Assembly (NCBI GenBank): GCA_036172245.1
Contig: JAYWIR010000007.1
Span: 4,960,001 to 5,024,000, forward strand
Length of the DNA stretch: 64,000 nt
DNA from: Raillietiella orientalis
Lineage: Eukaryota
Direction: 5' to 3'
Both the position numbers and the translations under genes were made by a program. The notes under the pieces are model-generated. The model was given only the letters and a program-made list of their open reading frames with translations, was not told the DNA's origin and made no database searches. Positions 36,440-50,021 of this stretch are shown here, piece after piece. Position 1 is the first letter of the stretch. Each line of letters opens with the position of its first letter.

Positions 36440-36930
36440 AAATAGACTCTGACTGACTCTTCTAATTTTGTCGTTGTGAAGTTGGCAACCATGCGGGCGC
36501 CGGAATCGGTTTAAACACTTCCGGTTCGATTGCTTCGCTGCTTTCCTGATGGAATCATTTGAAAACGGGAACCACATTCTGCGATTCCTATTAACTAAGG
36601 TCAAATGAAGGTTTCAAAGAAGCATTCCTAAACTTCAAGGCACCACCTCCCCTACGAGATGAACCGTCCACACCATTATGTATGACTTTTTACACTCGAA
36701 ACCCTTGACGCGGATTTCAATGTGCTCGTCATTTCAATTGGAGGAGACTTCAACCACGGACAGCGATACTTCGGCAGCATCAAACTGGACTTTGGACCCG
36801 ACCGAGATCCTTCTGTTATCGAACACGACATAAACAAATGTTCAAAAATTGTTCTTGCATTCCAGAAAAGAGTCAACCGTTCGGGTCAACTAATATTCTG
36901 ACACGGAACAATGCGCTGGTTCTCTGACCA
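36440..36930 (+). pseudogene. Degraded apurinic-like (APE) endonuclease fragment of transposon origin (LINE or Helitron2/Helentron type)
   Basis: One frame reads VLVISIGGDFNH...INKCSKIVLAF...*HGTMRWFSDQ, matching the GDFN and SDH motifs of APE-type endonucleases, with stops. Confidence 0.45.
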
Positions 36931-38001
36931 AGCGGAGAGGAAAAAAGGAAAAAAAAGAAAAAAAAGAAAGGAGGCAAGAAAGGAACCCGAAGATGAGCAC
37001 GGAGTGGTTCGAACATTGTGACTAATCGGAACAATTAGAAGATATATTGAATCGGGTACCTACCCTGAAAACTAAGGTCTCGCCGAAGTCATCCGGGCTC
37101 TATTGTGCTGATGCTCAGCTGCTTACTTTGTCTGGTGTTATGATTAATGGTACCTCTGGAACCAGATTGGCTCGTCCCTCGGGATTTGGCATTCACGTTT
37201 CGAGTCACTTCCCTGAGACCTACAGGTCCGATGGAAGCTCCTTTTAAAGGCTGCTGCATTTCCTAGTGGAAATGCAATGCGATTCCGTGAGTTACCTTAT
37301 CGTACTCGTTGAAACAGAACTCTCCTTGTTGTGGGTGTCACTCCTTGAGGAAAACGAAAGATTTGGGAAAGGTTTGGGTTTGAATCTTACCAATCTCTGC
37401 CTCCATTTTTATACTTTGTGAATTCAGTGCATTCTCTATAATGCTTAGACGCTTTGAGAGCCGGAAGCGCACGAAGTTGGGTTTTTCAGTTATATACATC
37501 GAAAAGCATCGTTTGAGTACGTTAATCTGGAGGACCGCCAGCATCCAGGAAGAAAACGAAGATGCTCCTTTTGCTTGGGGGAGCCCCTGGACGCGGCAAA
37601 GAAGCTCTGCCTAGCAGGCAATCGGCAGGATGACACTCGCGTGACGCCTTCGCCCGTGCCGCCGCCGCGTAGTGCGCGCACGCAAGCCTAAGCGGCGGAG
37701 CGGAAACCATGGAAACGTTCGCTCACTATCGATCTTTGCGTTTCGTGCTCGGATTGAAACGGCTTCCCGAAGAACAGAGTGCTGCTTTCACGATGGTAAT
37801 ATATATTTCGCAGTATGTAATAATCGTGGCGGGTTCAGCCGAATGGGACTCGTGGACATTTGTTGGTTGCATTCCATTTACTAGCATTCCAAATGCACCA
37901 TGTGATTAGTGATTGCTGGCTGCTTCCGTTTATCGTGAGCCAGAACACTTCAAGCTGCCTCCATTCGAGGTTTCCGCATCCACCGACGGAAAACTCAAGT
38001 T

Positions 38002-38186
38002 TTGCAAAAGAGATCAAAACCGGTTCGTTCAGTCTTTCTTGGTTTCTATTCGATTCCCTGAAGCGTCTCATTGTGTTACTTCTGAAGAAGCATCAGTGAC
38101 GGCGGTTTCAGAAGCAACGCACCGGAAGCCTTTAGGGAATCAAACAGAAACCAATAAAGGCTGAAGGGTTTTGGAATCTTTTGCAA
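38002..38186. repeat. Degenerate foldback: ~85-bp inverted arms, 20-nt spacer
   Basis: 38002-38086 (ttgcaaaag...ttggtttctattcgattccct...cttctgaa) pairs with 38107-38186 (ttcagaag...agggaatcaaacagaaaccaa...cttttgcaa). Confidence 0.75.
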
Positions 38187-40339
38187 GCCTTGGGTGTTCC
38201 ACCTCGCTGTGAGGTTGCTGAGGAATTCGAATAGGTTCCGGGCAGCAACCGCATTGGAGGAGAAACAGCGAGCGAACCCCAAGTCGGCAGGCACAACGTG
38301 GAAAGACAGGGTCACCCCAGTGAATAAAGGCAGGGTCACCTCACGTCTTATCTAGGGACTCGGGTCGGAAGATTCGGATCCACTGGAAGGATGGACAGAC
38401 CAGCCATCCGAGTTGAGAAAAAAATCTTCGTTCAAGAATCATTCGATTCGGTAGTCGATGCAGGAATCCTGGTGCACTACGAGAGACTTTCCGGTTTTTC
38501 AAAATTTTCTTGAACGAAGCTTCGACGAAGACATTAAAAAAAAAAAAAAAAAAATAATGACATAGGAGAGACAGATGATTTCTGGACTCGTCGATCAGCA
38601 GAACGATTTCTGGAGATGCGATCAAAGGCCAGCGAAAACAGCATCGAATGCGATCGTCGGTGGATGCGGAAACTGCGGTTCAGGCAAGCCAACACGATGC
38701 AACAGGATCATTCTATCATCGGATGCTGTTTGGAAAGCATCGGATGACGACAGTTTGTTTATGTACTGCAATTTTAGCAAGCGTTTCTTCACCCTGCATA
38801 CCACTGATGTAAACGAAGGAGTGGTGGAGGAGGAGGAAGACCGAGGAACAGTGGAGATTCTCGGAAAAGAACTCAAGATGACACTACGTAAAACACCCAA
38901 GGAAGGCGAAGAAGAACTGTTTTCTGCAACACTAGTGAAGTAATTCACGGCCGTAAAAGTGGAATGCGATCCTGGAGGATTTGCTGCATTTCGTAAACCA
39001 AAGAGGGTCGAAAGCGGTGTGATCGGAAGAGGGAAGCCTTACGTGTGGCGCCCGCCCCGTAACCAAGGGGTCGGGGACCCTGCAAGCAGTTTTGCAATTC
39101 AGCGTCGCTCAGGACTGCCAAAAACCCCTTGGTGAAACCCGAAAGTTCGGAAATCGGCAATGCGGCAGGACGGAGGATTCCCGGCTACCCGAGTGGTTCT
39201 TCTCTTGATGGTGACGAGAGACAAGGGCAACCAAGGAGACGTGCGTCCTAGGGGAGGCACTCTTTGAGATTCCGCGACGCGACCTCGCGCGCCGGTCCCG
39301 CGCATCTCTGCGCTCCAAGGAATCAGCGTGAGATGCGAACACTTCCTCTATCCGTGCAAGTGGAGAGGCAAAAAAAAAAAAAGTAACGCTGGAAACCGAT
39401 CGTACTTTCTCCAAGACTTTTTTTTTTTTTCCACCTGCCATCTCTTCTCGGAGTTCAAAATTGCAGGTCACAAACAAAAAGCTGTGGCGAGATGTGCTTA
39501 TTACTCGGGGGATTTCGTGGTATTTCTTAATGACCTCCGCATGGCTTTCAAATATTTGCAAATGGCTCTCCATCTTGAACCTCACGGGTTCAACGGATTC
39601 GCTTTCCGCGTGTGCATAAACAAAAAAAAAAAAAAAAAAACACTCGAGTGGCTCTGCGTCCGAATGCAGAAAGACTCGTCCACACGAAACCGTATCCTTA
39701 GGGAAGGAAAAACAATAATTCCATCCCGGCAAGGACCAGAACCGAACATTTCCTCGCGCGAATTTATTATTACTTGCAAATTACTGTATTTATTCAGCGA
39801 CTGGCTTTCGTCTTTTTCTTTTTCTTTTTATCGAATTATCATTTCATTCGAGCCCGTGCTGCGGGATGTTTTCCGGCATTCAATTAAGAACTCTGCGAGC
39901 ATCACCCACGGGCGCCGGAGCCGGGCGAATCCTTCTAAGGTTGCCGAAGCGCTCCCTACCTTGATCCGGGCAAAAGGGGCGAAAAGAACGAGGTTCACTC
40001 CCGACCGGTGCAGTAATTTTTCTCCCCGATGTAAGCCGACAGTTTCAGATATCTTGGAACACGTAATCATTCATGCTCCATTTCTCCCCAGTGATAAAAA
40101 CTCATTTGCAGATTAAAAAGCGAATTTGCCATAACTCATGAGTGTGTGAAGTGTATCATTAATCACGAGCGCAAAAGCATCATTTTGTATTTTTTCTTTT
40201 TTTTTTTGCCCGTGTCTCTGTGGCCAGAAACTCATAAATAATACCGGCTGAGGGAAATTCGTACAGTACGAAGACGAGCTTTTTTCAGCTCTGCGTGAGC
40301 ATGCCATTCTCTGGTCCAAGGCTCGCAGCATCGCGCAGG

Positions 40340-41200
40340 ACAGGACAGGTTCGAGGTGCGGGAGCCATTCCATCGCCCCGCACCTCGAACGGTTCGGGGA
40401 GGCAGCTCTCCCGGAAACCAGGAGCCTGAGCTGGTTGCACCGGCAATCCCCAGCGTAGGAACAGCGGAACATCCCTGTTTCTACCGGAGCGGGAAACACG
40501 AAGGTGTTCACAAACAGGGGAGGGACCACGAGTTCTTCGGAGGTACATCCAGCAAGTCAGTACACCAAAGGAGTCCTTTCGCCCAGAAACGAGGAGTGAC
40601 GGCGTCCCTCAACTCGTTCGACCTGAAGCCGGCCAGGAGTTTTTCGACTCCTGCAGTTTTGCGCCTCGAAGGCTCGGGACACCGCCGGGAGCAGAGGCTC
40701 TCATCTTGCACAAAGCAGAAGAGGGAGGAACCTGGAGACGGCGGGCGCCCGTTTCGTAGAGGACCGTACCAAGGTGCCCGCCGACACCTCGGAAGAGTCG
40801 TCTGCGGACGCTTGCTGTGGGAGGACCGAGGAGTTCTACGCCTCGCTCGCCTCCTTAGAAGGCAAGTGCGGAGGAGAGAAGGGTGCCCTCGATCGGACGA
40901 TGGAGAGGCTGGTCGCCCGAGCAACTCCGGCCGCACTTGAAGGGTCACCGCCACCCGCCACTGCATGGACCGCAAGCCTGCGAGCGGACCGTTCGCCCGT
41001 CGCGAGAGATAGAACGCGGTCGCAAAAGATCTCTCCCCTGTGGGGAGTCTCCCGAAACCGCCTTCTTCGGAAGATGCCGAAGATTTCGCCAAGGAAACCG
41101 GCAGCGAGGCTGCTGGCGCTGCCACGAGCTCAAGCGCGCTTTGCTGTTCTCCCGGCGTTTCTCAGAGCACAGATCGTTCAGTGCTTTGCTCCGGAAGGGA
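40340..41200 (-). mobile_element. Non-LTR retrotransposon ORF1 (gag-like) remnant, copy A
   Basis: 40350-40662 is a diverged direct copy of 43080-43381 (KTAGVEKL...LL.C.DLLDVPP), followed by a decayed zinc knuckle (MFRCSYAGDCRC). The layout resembles L1/Tx1 ORF1. Confidence 0.55.
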
Positions 41201-42579
41201 GGGAGCACCTCACTCAAATCGACGAAATTTATAAAGAAAAAAAAGGAAAGGGTAGATGGTGGTGGTGGTGGAAGGAGGAACAACTGCACGGACCACACAC
41301 GTGGATGAACTGGGCAACCGTCATCCCTTCCCCGCCCAAGACACACCTGGTGCACAACTCATCGCCAGCTCAGCCCCGACTCGTGTTCAGGAAAACCGCT
41401 TTATCAGCTCAGCGTCCCGCGTCACGAAGTCGGCCTCATCTGAGGTATCCGAGCAAATCGCCCGTGACGCGGAACCTGTCCCGGCGCTCCGCCTAGGACG
41501 AGCAGGGTAGGGAGCCCCACGCGGCGTTTTCCGCGTGCAGGGAGGAGGCCCGAGGCAGTAGCAGCAGCCTCCCACCCCCGTTCCGGTCCTAATGGGGTGC
41601 TCGCCTTCCGCGAGAGAATCGGGAGAGAGAGAACCCGACCCGTCCCTTCGCCGCCTTTCATCCCAGAAGGAAGAATCCATCAACCGTGACGCTTTGGCCG
41701 TAGTGTTGAGTTGCAAGGAAGCGCGCGAGAACCACTGGCCATCGTCGCCATGGGGAAAAAAAAAGGGTGGTCGAGGAAGCGAAAGTGCTCCAGCACGCGG
41801 GAGCACCTCCCCTAGCTAGCCGAGCGCGAAGACCGTCAAGTGGCGGCGGCGAATCTCGCCGTTCCCGTCTCTTGGCACCGACCGGCTGCGGGAGCCGCGC
41901 GGGAATAGCAGTGTTGGGCGAGAGGAGGAAACACCAGCTCGTCGCGCATCCGTTGGGGGCACGTGGCGTGGACGTGCGACGACAGCAGCAGCAGCAGCAG
42001 CGTGCAGGGCTGCTTCGCGAGGTAATTTTGCGCAAGGCCTTGAGAGCCAGAGGGGCGGAAACGGCGTCCAACCCTTTGAGAGCTGGGCGATGCCAGCTCG
42101 CAGACAGTTTCACCCACCTCGTGGACAGGCTCGCGAGAGCGGGGCCAAAGGATGGTGGTAGTCCTTAGGGGGGGAAATCCACATTTCTTCTTCCGAGGGG
42201 CGCTGAAGACGGCGAATCAAGGAGGCGATTCAGTGTGGGATCCTTGGAGCGCAGAGGTGGCAGGGAGGCCGCCGCCGAAGGGCAGTAGGGAGCAGGGTGG
42301 CGCAGTGAAGGGCGACCCGTCTCCCTGACTCCAGTCATGTTCGAAGAGCCCGCTTCGAATCCTGCCCAGCACACCCGCTAGCAGCATCCCCTTCTTCCAA
42401 TGGGTGGGAGGTTGAGACAACTACGAGAGCATCACTACGTTCGGGGGGATGCGACAACGAGGGAGGAGTTGGGAAGGTCAGCGAAGAGGTTTTTACTAGG
42501 TGACTCCGGGATGTTCATTTAAAAAAATAAATGACAAGTTAGTTGGAAGGGAAGAAGAGCACCCCTCAAAAACCTTCAA

Positions 42580-44130
42580 GAACAAGAAATTCTCCCCTCT
42601 CCCCCATCCTCAAAAAGAAGTTCTTTCGGGTTGACCACCGGCACGCAGATGACAGGATTGCAACACCGGCACGCAGACCGTCTTCCAAAAAAGATGAGAA
42701 CGGAGGGATGGGACCATAAATAAATAAAAAAGACGGGAAGATGGGGACAGAGGTCTTTGGTTAAAGACATTCCTTTCCTTCTAGAAGCGGCTCTGAGTGG
42801 TGGCCGACCTCTCTGATGTCCTCTTCTTGCAGGTGAGACCACCTTGAAGTCTCCCTCATGAGGGCTGCTGCCGTGCTGATGGTCTCTCTTCGCCGCGAAC
42901 CCGACTCCAACACATGGCGAACTGTCACTATGACGCGGATGCGACAGACTGTTGCAGTCACAGCTCTTTTCTTCAGCCCACCTCCAGTGAAAAAGCGTCT
43001 CAGCAAGTCCGTGGCGGTGTCCTACGGTTGTCGGAGTGCCTACAAGTCCTCCAGCACACTGAAGTCCAACAGGAGGTCGGGAGCGATTTGATGGCCCCGC
43101 ATCTCGATCAATTCGAGGAGGCAGCTTCCCCGGAAACCAGGTATCTGCGCTGACTGCGCCGGCAATCTCCAGTGCGGAAACAGCAGAACAGTCCTGTTTC
43201 CACCGGAGTAGGAACACAACGGAATCCACACACAGAAAAGGAACCACTAGTTCTTCGGGAGGTACATCAAGCAGGTCAATACACCTAAGGAGTTCCTTGG
43301 CCCGGAAAGGAGGAGTGGCGGCGTTCTCCAACTCTCTCGTCCTGCAGCTGTCCGGAAGTTTTTCGACTCCTGCCGTTTTGCAAAAGAACTCCCACTTTGC
43401 TGGTTGGCTGCTGTCCATGTTTTTCCTGAGAGCAGACAAGGCTGCGGCGAGGGGTGTGACGGCTATCCGGGACCACTGCGTCCAGTCTTGCAGGAGATCT
43501 CCCAACTGCTTGCGTAGGAGATTCTGCAGCGATCGCTATTCCTCTGGGAGCACTTCCAAAGAGACAACCCAGGACTCCAGAGCTTCCTGTCTCCAGGCGT
43601 TCCAGTTCATGGGGAGGCAGAAAATCCACGCGTGGGCTGCCAGTACTGAGGACAGATGCCTCAGGGGGCAGCCAAATCCGGTCCTACGGCTTAGGTTGCG
43701 CGGCAAGAGCGAAAGAAGGCCTGCACTTCTAGCGTATCGCTGGAACCACTAATGAAGAGGACAGAAGAGGAAGGGGTACGGGAGCTTCCTTGAGAGGGCA
43801 CCCCTCACGCGATGTTCCACGAAGATTGCGCCTAGGGCGTCTCTGAGTTAGGCTCACGGACCGCTGTGGTAGCTGCGGACCTTGCCGGCCATCCGGAATG
43901 CATCCACCGGCAAGGTCACAAAAGCAGCCGATGACCAAATGCCCCCTACAAATGAGCGCCCAGCGGTGCAAGACATCTGTTTGACCTCTAAGAGCGATGA
44001 TTTCACGAAGTACACCGGGCGCAGCCGCATGGTTCACTGCCCACGGTTTCGGGGACGAACGGCTCCTGTTCCAGGCTCCTGAGGGACTCCGTTTGGGGAG
44101 CTGAACGCTCGCGATCGCCGAAGTCACGTG
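42580..44130 (-). mobile_element. Non-LTR retrotransposon ORF1 (gag-like) remnant, copy B
   Basis: ORF 42576-43505 contains CKTAGVEKL...ELENA...DLLDVPPEELVV, with a frameshifted CCFRTGDC knuckle. It is paralogous to 40350-40662. Confidence 0.55.
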
Positions 44131-44901
44131 ACACCCAAGTTCGGCTATCCGCGGACTTGAGACGGAAACGTCAAGGAAGAAGCTTTTCTAGGAGCTCTCT
44201 CACCCCTTCGCGAGGCCAGGCTTGCTGAGGGCAGGAGGGATCTGCTCCAACATTCCTGTTGCTCTCCCGAGAGATCTCTTCTTGTTTGCAAAGTCGGACC
44301 GTTTCTTTGATTCGAAAAGGACGACTTCCACATCAACTTCTGTCTTCCTGCTCCATTTTTTTTTTTTTTTCCCCGAAAATTCCTTTTTACTGGCATGCCA
44401 AAGATGATGCATTTCACATCTCTATGTGCATTGCGGCGTGGAGACGCACAGCATGCGCCATAGATGTAGCTTACGACTTCCAAATTCCTCCATGCCGTGA
44501 TTCCATTCACCATTTGTTCCCCATCGGGAAATTCGCTTTCGTTTTCGCTCGTCCTGCTCGTGGGCGCGTTCAGAGTTCATTCAGAACGCGGTGTACGTTG
44601 CCTAGCACACACGAGAGTAAATCAGATTAACGGCAAGTTTCTCGTGGACCCTGTTGAGTCATCGTCAGTACGTGCCGGAGCTTCCCTTTACGTGTGTTGG
44701 AAGCCGGGATCAGTAGTTGAGTCACGAGCCAGTGTTTCAGCAGGACACATGACAGGTGTGTGAAGGATGTTTTTCAGATGAGAGGTGAAGTGCTCCTCCA
44801 GCAGAAGGGGTGACTGGACTGCCGAGAACACGCATCAGAAACACATGAGCACGCACACGCGTACACATATCCGAAAAGCGGCGTTTCCTCTACGTTTCAC
44901 C

Positions 44902-45579
44902 CACTGAGCCTTCAAGTGCTTGGTTGCGGGAGATGCCCAAGCCCCATTCATTGCTGCCGTTCCCATCGCTGCTCCCCGCTCCTCGCTCTCGCCGACGTAT
45001 CCTAGCGACGCTCTCTGGCCGTTTTGCGGTTCCGCAGCTCCGAGAAACACGCGCGCTTTCGGCGGCGGACGATCCGTCTCACAGTCGCGTATCCATGGGG
45101 GAGAGAACGTGCTGGAATGCTCCGCAGAATTTGATATTTTTGCTGAAGCAGCTTGGAGGTTTGGTTTCTTGCCCGAAACTGCTCGATGGGAGCCGGCTTA
45201 AGTACAGGATTGCTCGGTTCGTGGTAGCTAACGCGGGGAAGATGACCGATCGACTCCCATCCCTTCCTTCCGATCGCGTCATTATTAACGCGAAATCCAA
45301 AACCGAAGCGAATTATCTCATTAATTTCGTGCTCAGCACACCGCGGGCTCTTCACAGTGTCCTGAAACGGACCCAGTTGGAAAGGTGCGCTTCCGTATGC
45401 TGAACGGATCGTCCGCCGCCGAAAGCGCGAGTGTTTCTCGGAGCTGCGGAACCGCAAAACGGCCAGAGAGCGTCGCTAGGATACGTCGGCGAGAGCGAGG
45501 AGCGGGGAGCAGCGATGGGAACGGCAGCAATGAATGGGGCTTGGGCATCTCCCGCAACCAAGCGCTTGAAGGCTCAGTG
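44902..45579. repeat. Near-perfect 176-bp inverted repeat with 326-bp spacer
   Basis: 44902-45077 is the reverse complement of 45404-45579, with two substitutions seen. The ORF track shows identical peptides on opposite strands (44920.. and ..45561). Confidence 0.95.
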
Positions 45580-46400
45580 CTGAACGCTCTTGATTTTGCT
45601 CTTCCCACGTTCTCTCCCCCTTCCTCCTCTTCTGCACCCATAGAACGGCTTAGAGCGATGCAGATGTGCTGATTTTCGATCCTTGGGAGGACTACTGGTT
45701 TTTCTTCCACAGCTTGGCAAGCTGCTCTGACCAAAGCGGTGATACTTCTTCTCGGGCCACATACATATGTTTGCAACCTTACTCGGGCTGTCTATAGTGC
45801 GTCATATATTACAATACAATCATGTAAAAAAATGAAACTCAGAATCCGAATGAAACCGAGCGTCCATTTAAAGATGAGTGTAATACTTGATGTTGATACT
45901 TTTTGACTATTTCAGATAAATCAGATTTATAATTGCTACATGCTATTCTTAACACGGTGCATATTCGAAATGGTCAGTCACGTTGCCCTTGTGGGATGTT
46001 GTTGGGTTGTATGGAGATGGGTGGTCGAAATAAGAAAAAAAAAATAATTTTGGATAATTCAATAAAACGAAACAAATCGTTGAATGGTAACACGGATTTT
46101 TATAATCAAATGAACAAATTTGGTAACGTTGCAGGAGTGAAAATAGTGACAGTGTATGGTAAGTATAGCTTCTGGTCAACTATTCGTTATCAAAAACACG
46201 AAAGAGTTCTTATTCGTTTTAACAAATTTATTCATTTTCAAAAAACTCCACACACGACCAAGGTTGATTCAATTAGAATGGTGAGACGATATAAAATTTG
46301 ACTCAAATTCCTCCACGATTGCGTTTTCCCCGTATTCTTCTTCTCTGGAGAAGAATATCGTGAACAGGAAGGCCGACACTCTGACCTGACCACTCCACAG

Positions 46401-46990
46401 CTAAATTGGATAGTCAATAGCTTTGTCAATATCAAATGCTTTGCACACCAGTCCTGTTTCGTCACAATTATAGACTTCCTCTATTAGATATTGGTTTTCG
46501 TTGACTGTTTCTCTAAACTTTTCCAAGAAAACTGGAACCTGCGAGGTGTCGCACGAAAGTTTCTCCCCGGATGAGGTTAATAAGCGGATGGCGCGTCTTT
46601 TCCTGAAGTGGCTCAGCCACCCCCCACATCCCAACCGAGCGTGAATCTCCTTGGCCTTTCATTCCAAGATTTCGTCTGTGACGGCGATGTTTTTCAGGTC
46701 CTGCTGCTGTGACAACCACGAAGCTAAGGCTCGCTCCACTTCGGGAAATCGCCTTCTGGAGATCGCCGTCGAGCCTTTTGGTGTTTCGGAACATCACTGC
46801 ATGAGGCGACGTGGCCCTCTCTTCAGTTCCCTTCATTTTTCACGATTTTCGAAATGGTTGATTGATCCACGTTGCATTTCAAACGCGGCACTTCTACCTT
46901 CGTCCCCTCTTCGTCTTCACGTCAAATATCCAACTCTTGTTGAATGGTTGATGACTTTTCCCTTATTTTTTCCCATATTTAACGAGGCTG
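46401..46990 (-). mobile_element. Tigger/pogo (CENP-B/jerky-like) DDE transposase remnant
   Basis: GWLSHFRKRRAIRLLTSSGEKLSCD...FLEKFRETVNENQYLIEEVYNCDETGL is the typical HTH-to-DDE junction with the first catalytic Asp (NxDETGL). Upstream HTH fragments are frameshifted. Confidence 0.85.
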
Positions 46991-47099
46991 AAAAAAATTT
47001 TCTCTTGTCGGATGACAGAAAACTTAAAATCAAGGGTTGCTTATGTAAAAACTTTCTTCTATTAAAGGTAACTATATCCAATGTGCACTGTACAATGGT

Positions 47100-47163
47100 A
47101 TGGGCCGCACATAGAAGCTTGGCGGGTCACATGAGGCCCGCGGGCCGTGGACTGAGCATCTCT
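47100..47163. mobile_element. Probable hAT-type MITE terminus
   Basis: gggccgca...ggcccgcgggccg...tgagcatctctg resembles the common hAT/Charlie-type MITE end (GGCCCGCGGGCCG...CCCTG). The other end was not found. Confidence 0.4.
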
Positions 47164-49885
47164 GGACTGAAGCATTTCCGCCATGTACAGCCGTTGCCTC
47201 TTCGGCTTTTGTGCCATGACCGGTGTCTCAAAAACAACTCCCATCTTCCAGGATTATCGTCCAACTCGATCAGTGTCATCAGAATTACTACTACTACGGG
47301 TGCATTTTTTTTGCAGATTCGTCATTTGAATTTGTACCACGAGTTACAAAGTGGGTGCAAGGGAGAAGCACAGGCAAAAAGCGTGGATGCGTGCTGTTTC
47401 GGAGTGGAAACACGGACGGGAGAAGATGGAGAGGAGCTCTCTCCCTGTGGAGCAGTGCCTCCCAAGGTGGGCGACACCGCCGCCCCTTGGTGGGCGCTGG
47501 AACGATTCAGGAGGGCGATAGTAGCCTCAAGCGCAACTGGGGCGGAACGTTAAATAAAAAAAATGAGGGGGTGGGGGGCGGTGAAAGAATGAAGAAAGAG
47601 GAGAAGATGAGATTTTTTTTTTTTTAAAAAAAAACCGTTCGTACAGGTTTCATCTGTTGTGTACCATGGGAAGCCGTAGCTAGGTTAGGTACTTTGCTTC
47701 CCAAACACAAAAATGCAAGTTGGGATCGGTCGGTGGTCAAGTCAGCAAAGGGGTCTTCTCATCGAGCAGGTGCTGAAGACGAGCGTCTCGCGCACGAATC
47801 CAGCATCCATCTGCAGCAATGCGTGCGTGCCATTCCCTGATTAAAGTACGATACGATCAATAGGCGAAATTATGAAATCAAATTTAGAGTGTTCCTGAAC
47901 TGTGGGAGACGGAAGCAGTTCGAAATAGTGCAAGGGTGCATTCCTTTTTGAATAATTTAAGCTTCAACATGTTCCATTTGCAACAGCATCTTTTCTTACT
48001 ATGTTGCAGGATGTAGACAGAAATACAGATACATCACACATTGCATCTTTCTGTTTGTTCACTTAAGAAAGGTGCATTTTCAGGGAAGGGGGGGGGGGAC
48101 GCTGAGTAACCTTTTATCTGAAAAAGGGACGGTAGGCCACATACGTTTGGGGACCTATGCTGAAGAGTCAGTAGAAGTACCAGATTCTGTCAACATGGCA
48201 ACCAGCTACGAACGTTCTCGCTCTCCGTAAGGCACACCTCGTTTTCTTACGCGCGGATTAAGTGTTTGTTTTGCGAAGGGTATGTGCATAACTTCACTTA
48301 CTCGAATTTTTCTGCTCTTTTTTTTGTTTTTTTGTCTATATTCCAGCGTGATATGGACTGAGATGTCCGTGTAAATTGCTCAAAACTCATCACCAACAGA
48401 AATTTTTCGGGTTTTGTCTCGCAGGTTGCCAATGCTTTGTGTCAACTGAAGCCACCGAGGCTCGAACGCTGCAAGAAGGCTTTTTTTTTCGTAAACGCGC
48501 TTGAATTTGGCTGACCGAAATCCTACAAACGGTCCCCCCCCCCCCCCCCCCCCCAAAAAAAAGAATGAATGAAGAGGAAAGATGCACCGTGAGCAAGTTT
48601 GTTTTAGAAACTGCAGAGCAACCGGTTAGAAATCCTAAGACGCGCGTGATGCTTCAGAGTCCCTTTGGTTTGCGCAAGGGACTCGCTGCTGCCGCGATGC
48701 GGTCTTCAGCGTCCACCCCAGGCTTCTTCATTCGTCATCGGAACGGATTAAGGACGTCCGTTCCGGCGGTTAAAACGCTTTCCCTGCGTGTTTTGTTTCC
48801 TTGCTCCAGCAGGTGCCCAGAGCATTTCATCCCCCAATCATCGGGACTAATTTAACTTGATGAAAATGCTAGTCATCAACAAAAATTTTATGTCTTCAGC
48901 ATAATCGAAATCTTTCCTCTGGAGTAATTGTTACTCATTACTGCTAATTGACACAGGAGTACAGTTCCTCAGCTCCCTCCTGTTTTTAGGATTCGGAGGC
49001 TGGAGAATTAGCGCAGGATGCATGCTGATCGTAAACCGCGGATGTTCAAAAAAAAAAAAACATCGCACTGCGAACCCACCGCGTATCATAAAGACTTTTA
49101 CGACGACGCACTTCTGGTTCGCTCTTTGCGTGTAAACAGCCAGCTCCGGTTCGTGGTGCCTCGCTACTGTAAACGTCTTCGCTGTCATAAAATCTCTCCT
49201 CCCGGAGAGGGAATTAATCAAACAATTATTTTCTCGAGAAGCGAGCGAGCATCGATCCAATGCAAGCAGTGCCGATGCCATTTGCCTCTTACGCCTGCGA
49301 GATCCTCATCAAAGCCGATGGAGGTGGGGAAAACGCTCTCAGCTTGGGTTCCACAATAGAAGCATCAGCCCACTTGCTGGAAGCTGTTGCTTTTCCGAGT
49401 GGAGCTTTCTTCTGGCCTTTGTTTTTTTGTTTTTTTTGTTTTGGTTCTGGAGGAACACCGCCCAACTGAATGGCGTTGTTTGGGTTGCTCAGGTCCGTGA
49501 GCAGATGATTCGGGCCTCGCGAGGAGCTGGCAGTCTCCGTTTGCCGTAGATCACACTCTAATAATCGAAATCCAGCGTCGCTTGCGCTGCATCTTCGTGC
49601 GCCGCGCGTGGGAATATGTAAAGTAAGCGACCAACTCGGCCGGCTGCGCACGGATTCTCCCTCCATACAAGCAAGAGTTCGGCTGCCCTTTTGGTTTTCT
49701 GGGTTGGGTTTGCCCAAGACTTTCTACGTCACGTGACCGAGCGTTCCGGTGACCCTCCTCCTCGACATAATGACGTCACTTGGTGTGGTCCGAACCCGCA
49801 AGGATGCCACTTGTCCACAAAGTTCCTCAACTTGTTCCTGATTTCCCAGATAAGACTCAACAGGAGTCAGAGATACGGGGAGTTG

Positions 49886-50021
49886 AGACGACTGCTACTA
49901 CAACTACTGCCACTGCTACTACTGCTGTTGCTGTTACTGCTACGACTACTGCTGCTGCTGCTGCTGTTACTACAGCTCTTGCTACTCCTCCTACTGCTGT
50001 TGCTTTTGCTACTGCTACCAC
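49886..50021. repeat. Degenerate (CTN)n trinucleotide repeat
   Basis: actgctactacaactactgcc... over ~135 nt; reads poly-L, poly-T/A or poly-S depending on frame. Confidence 0.85.
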
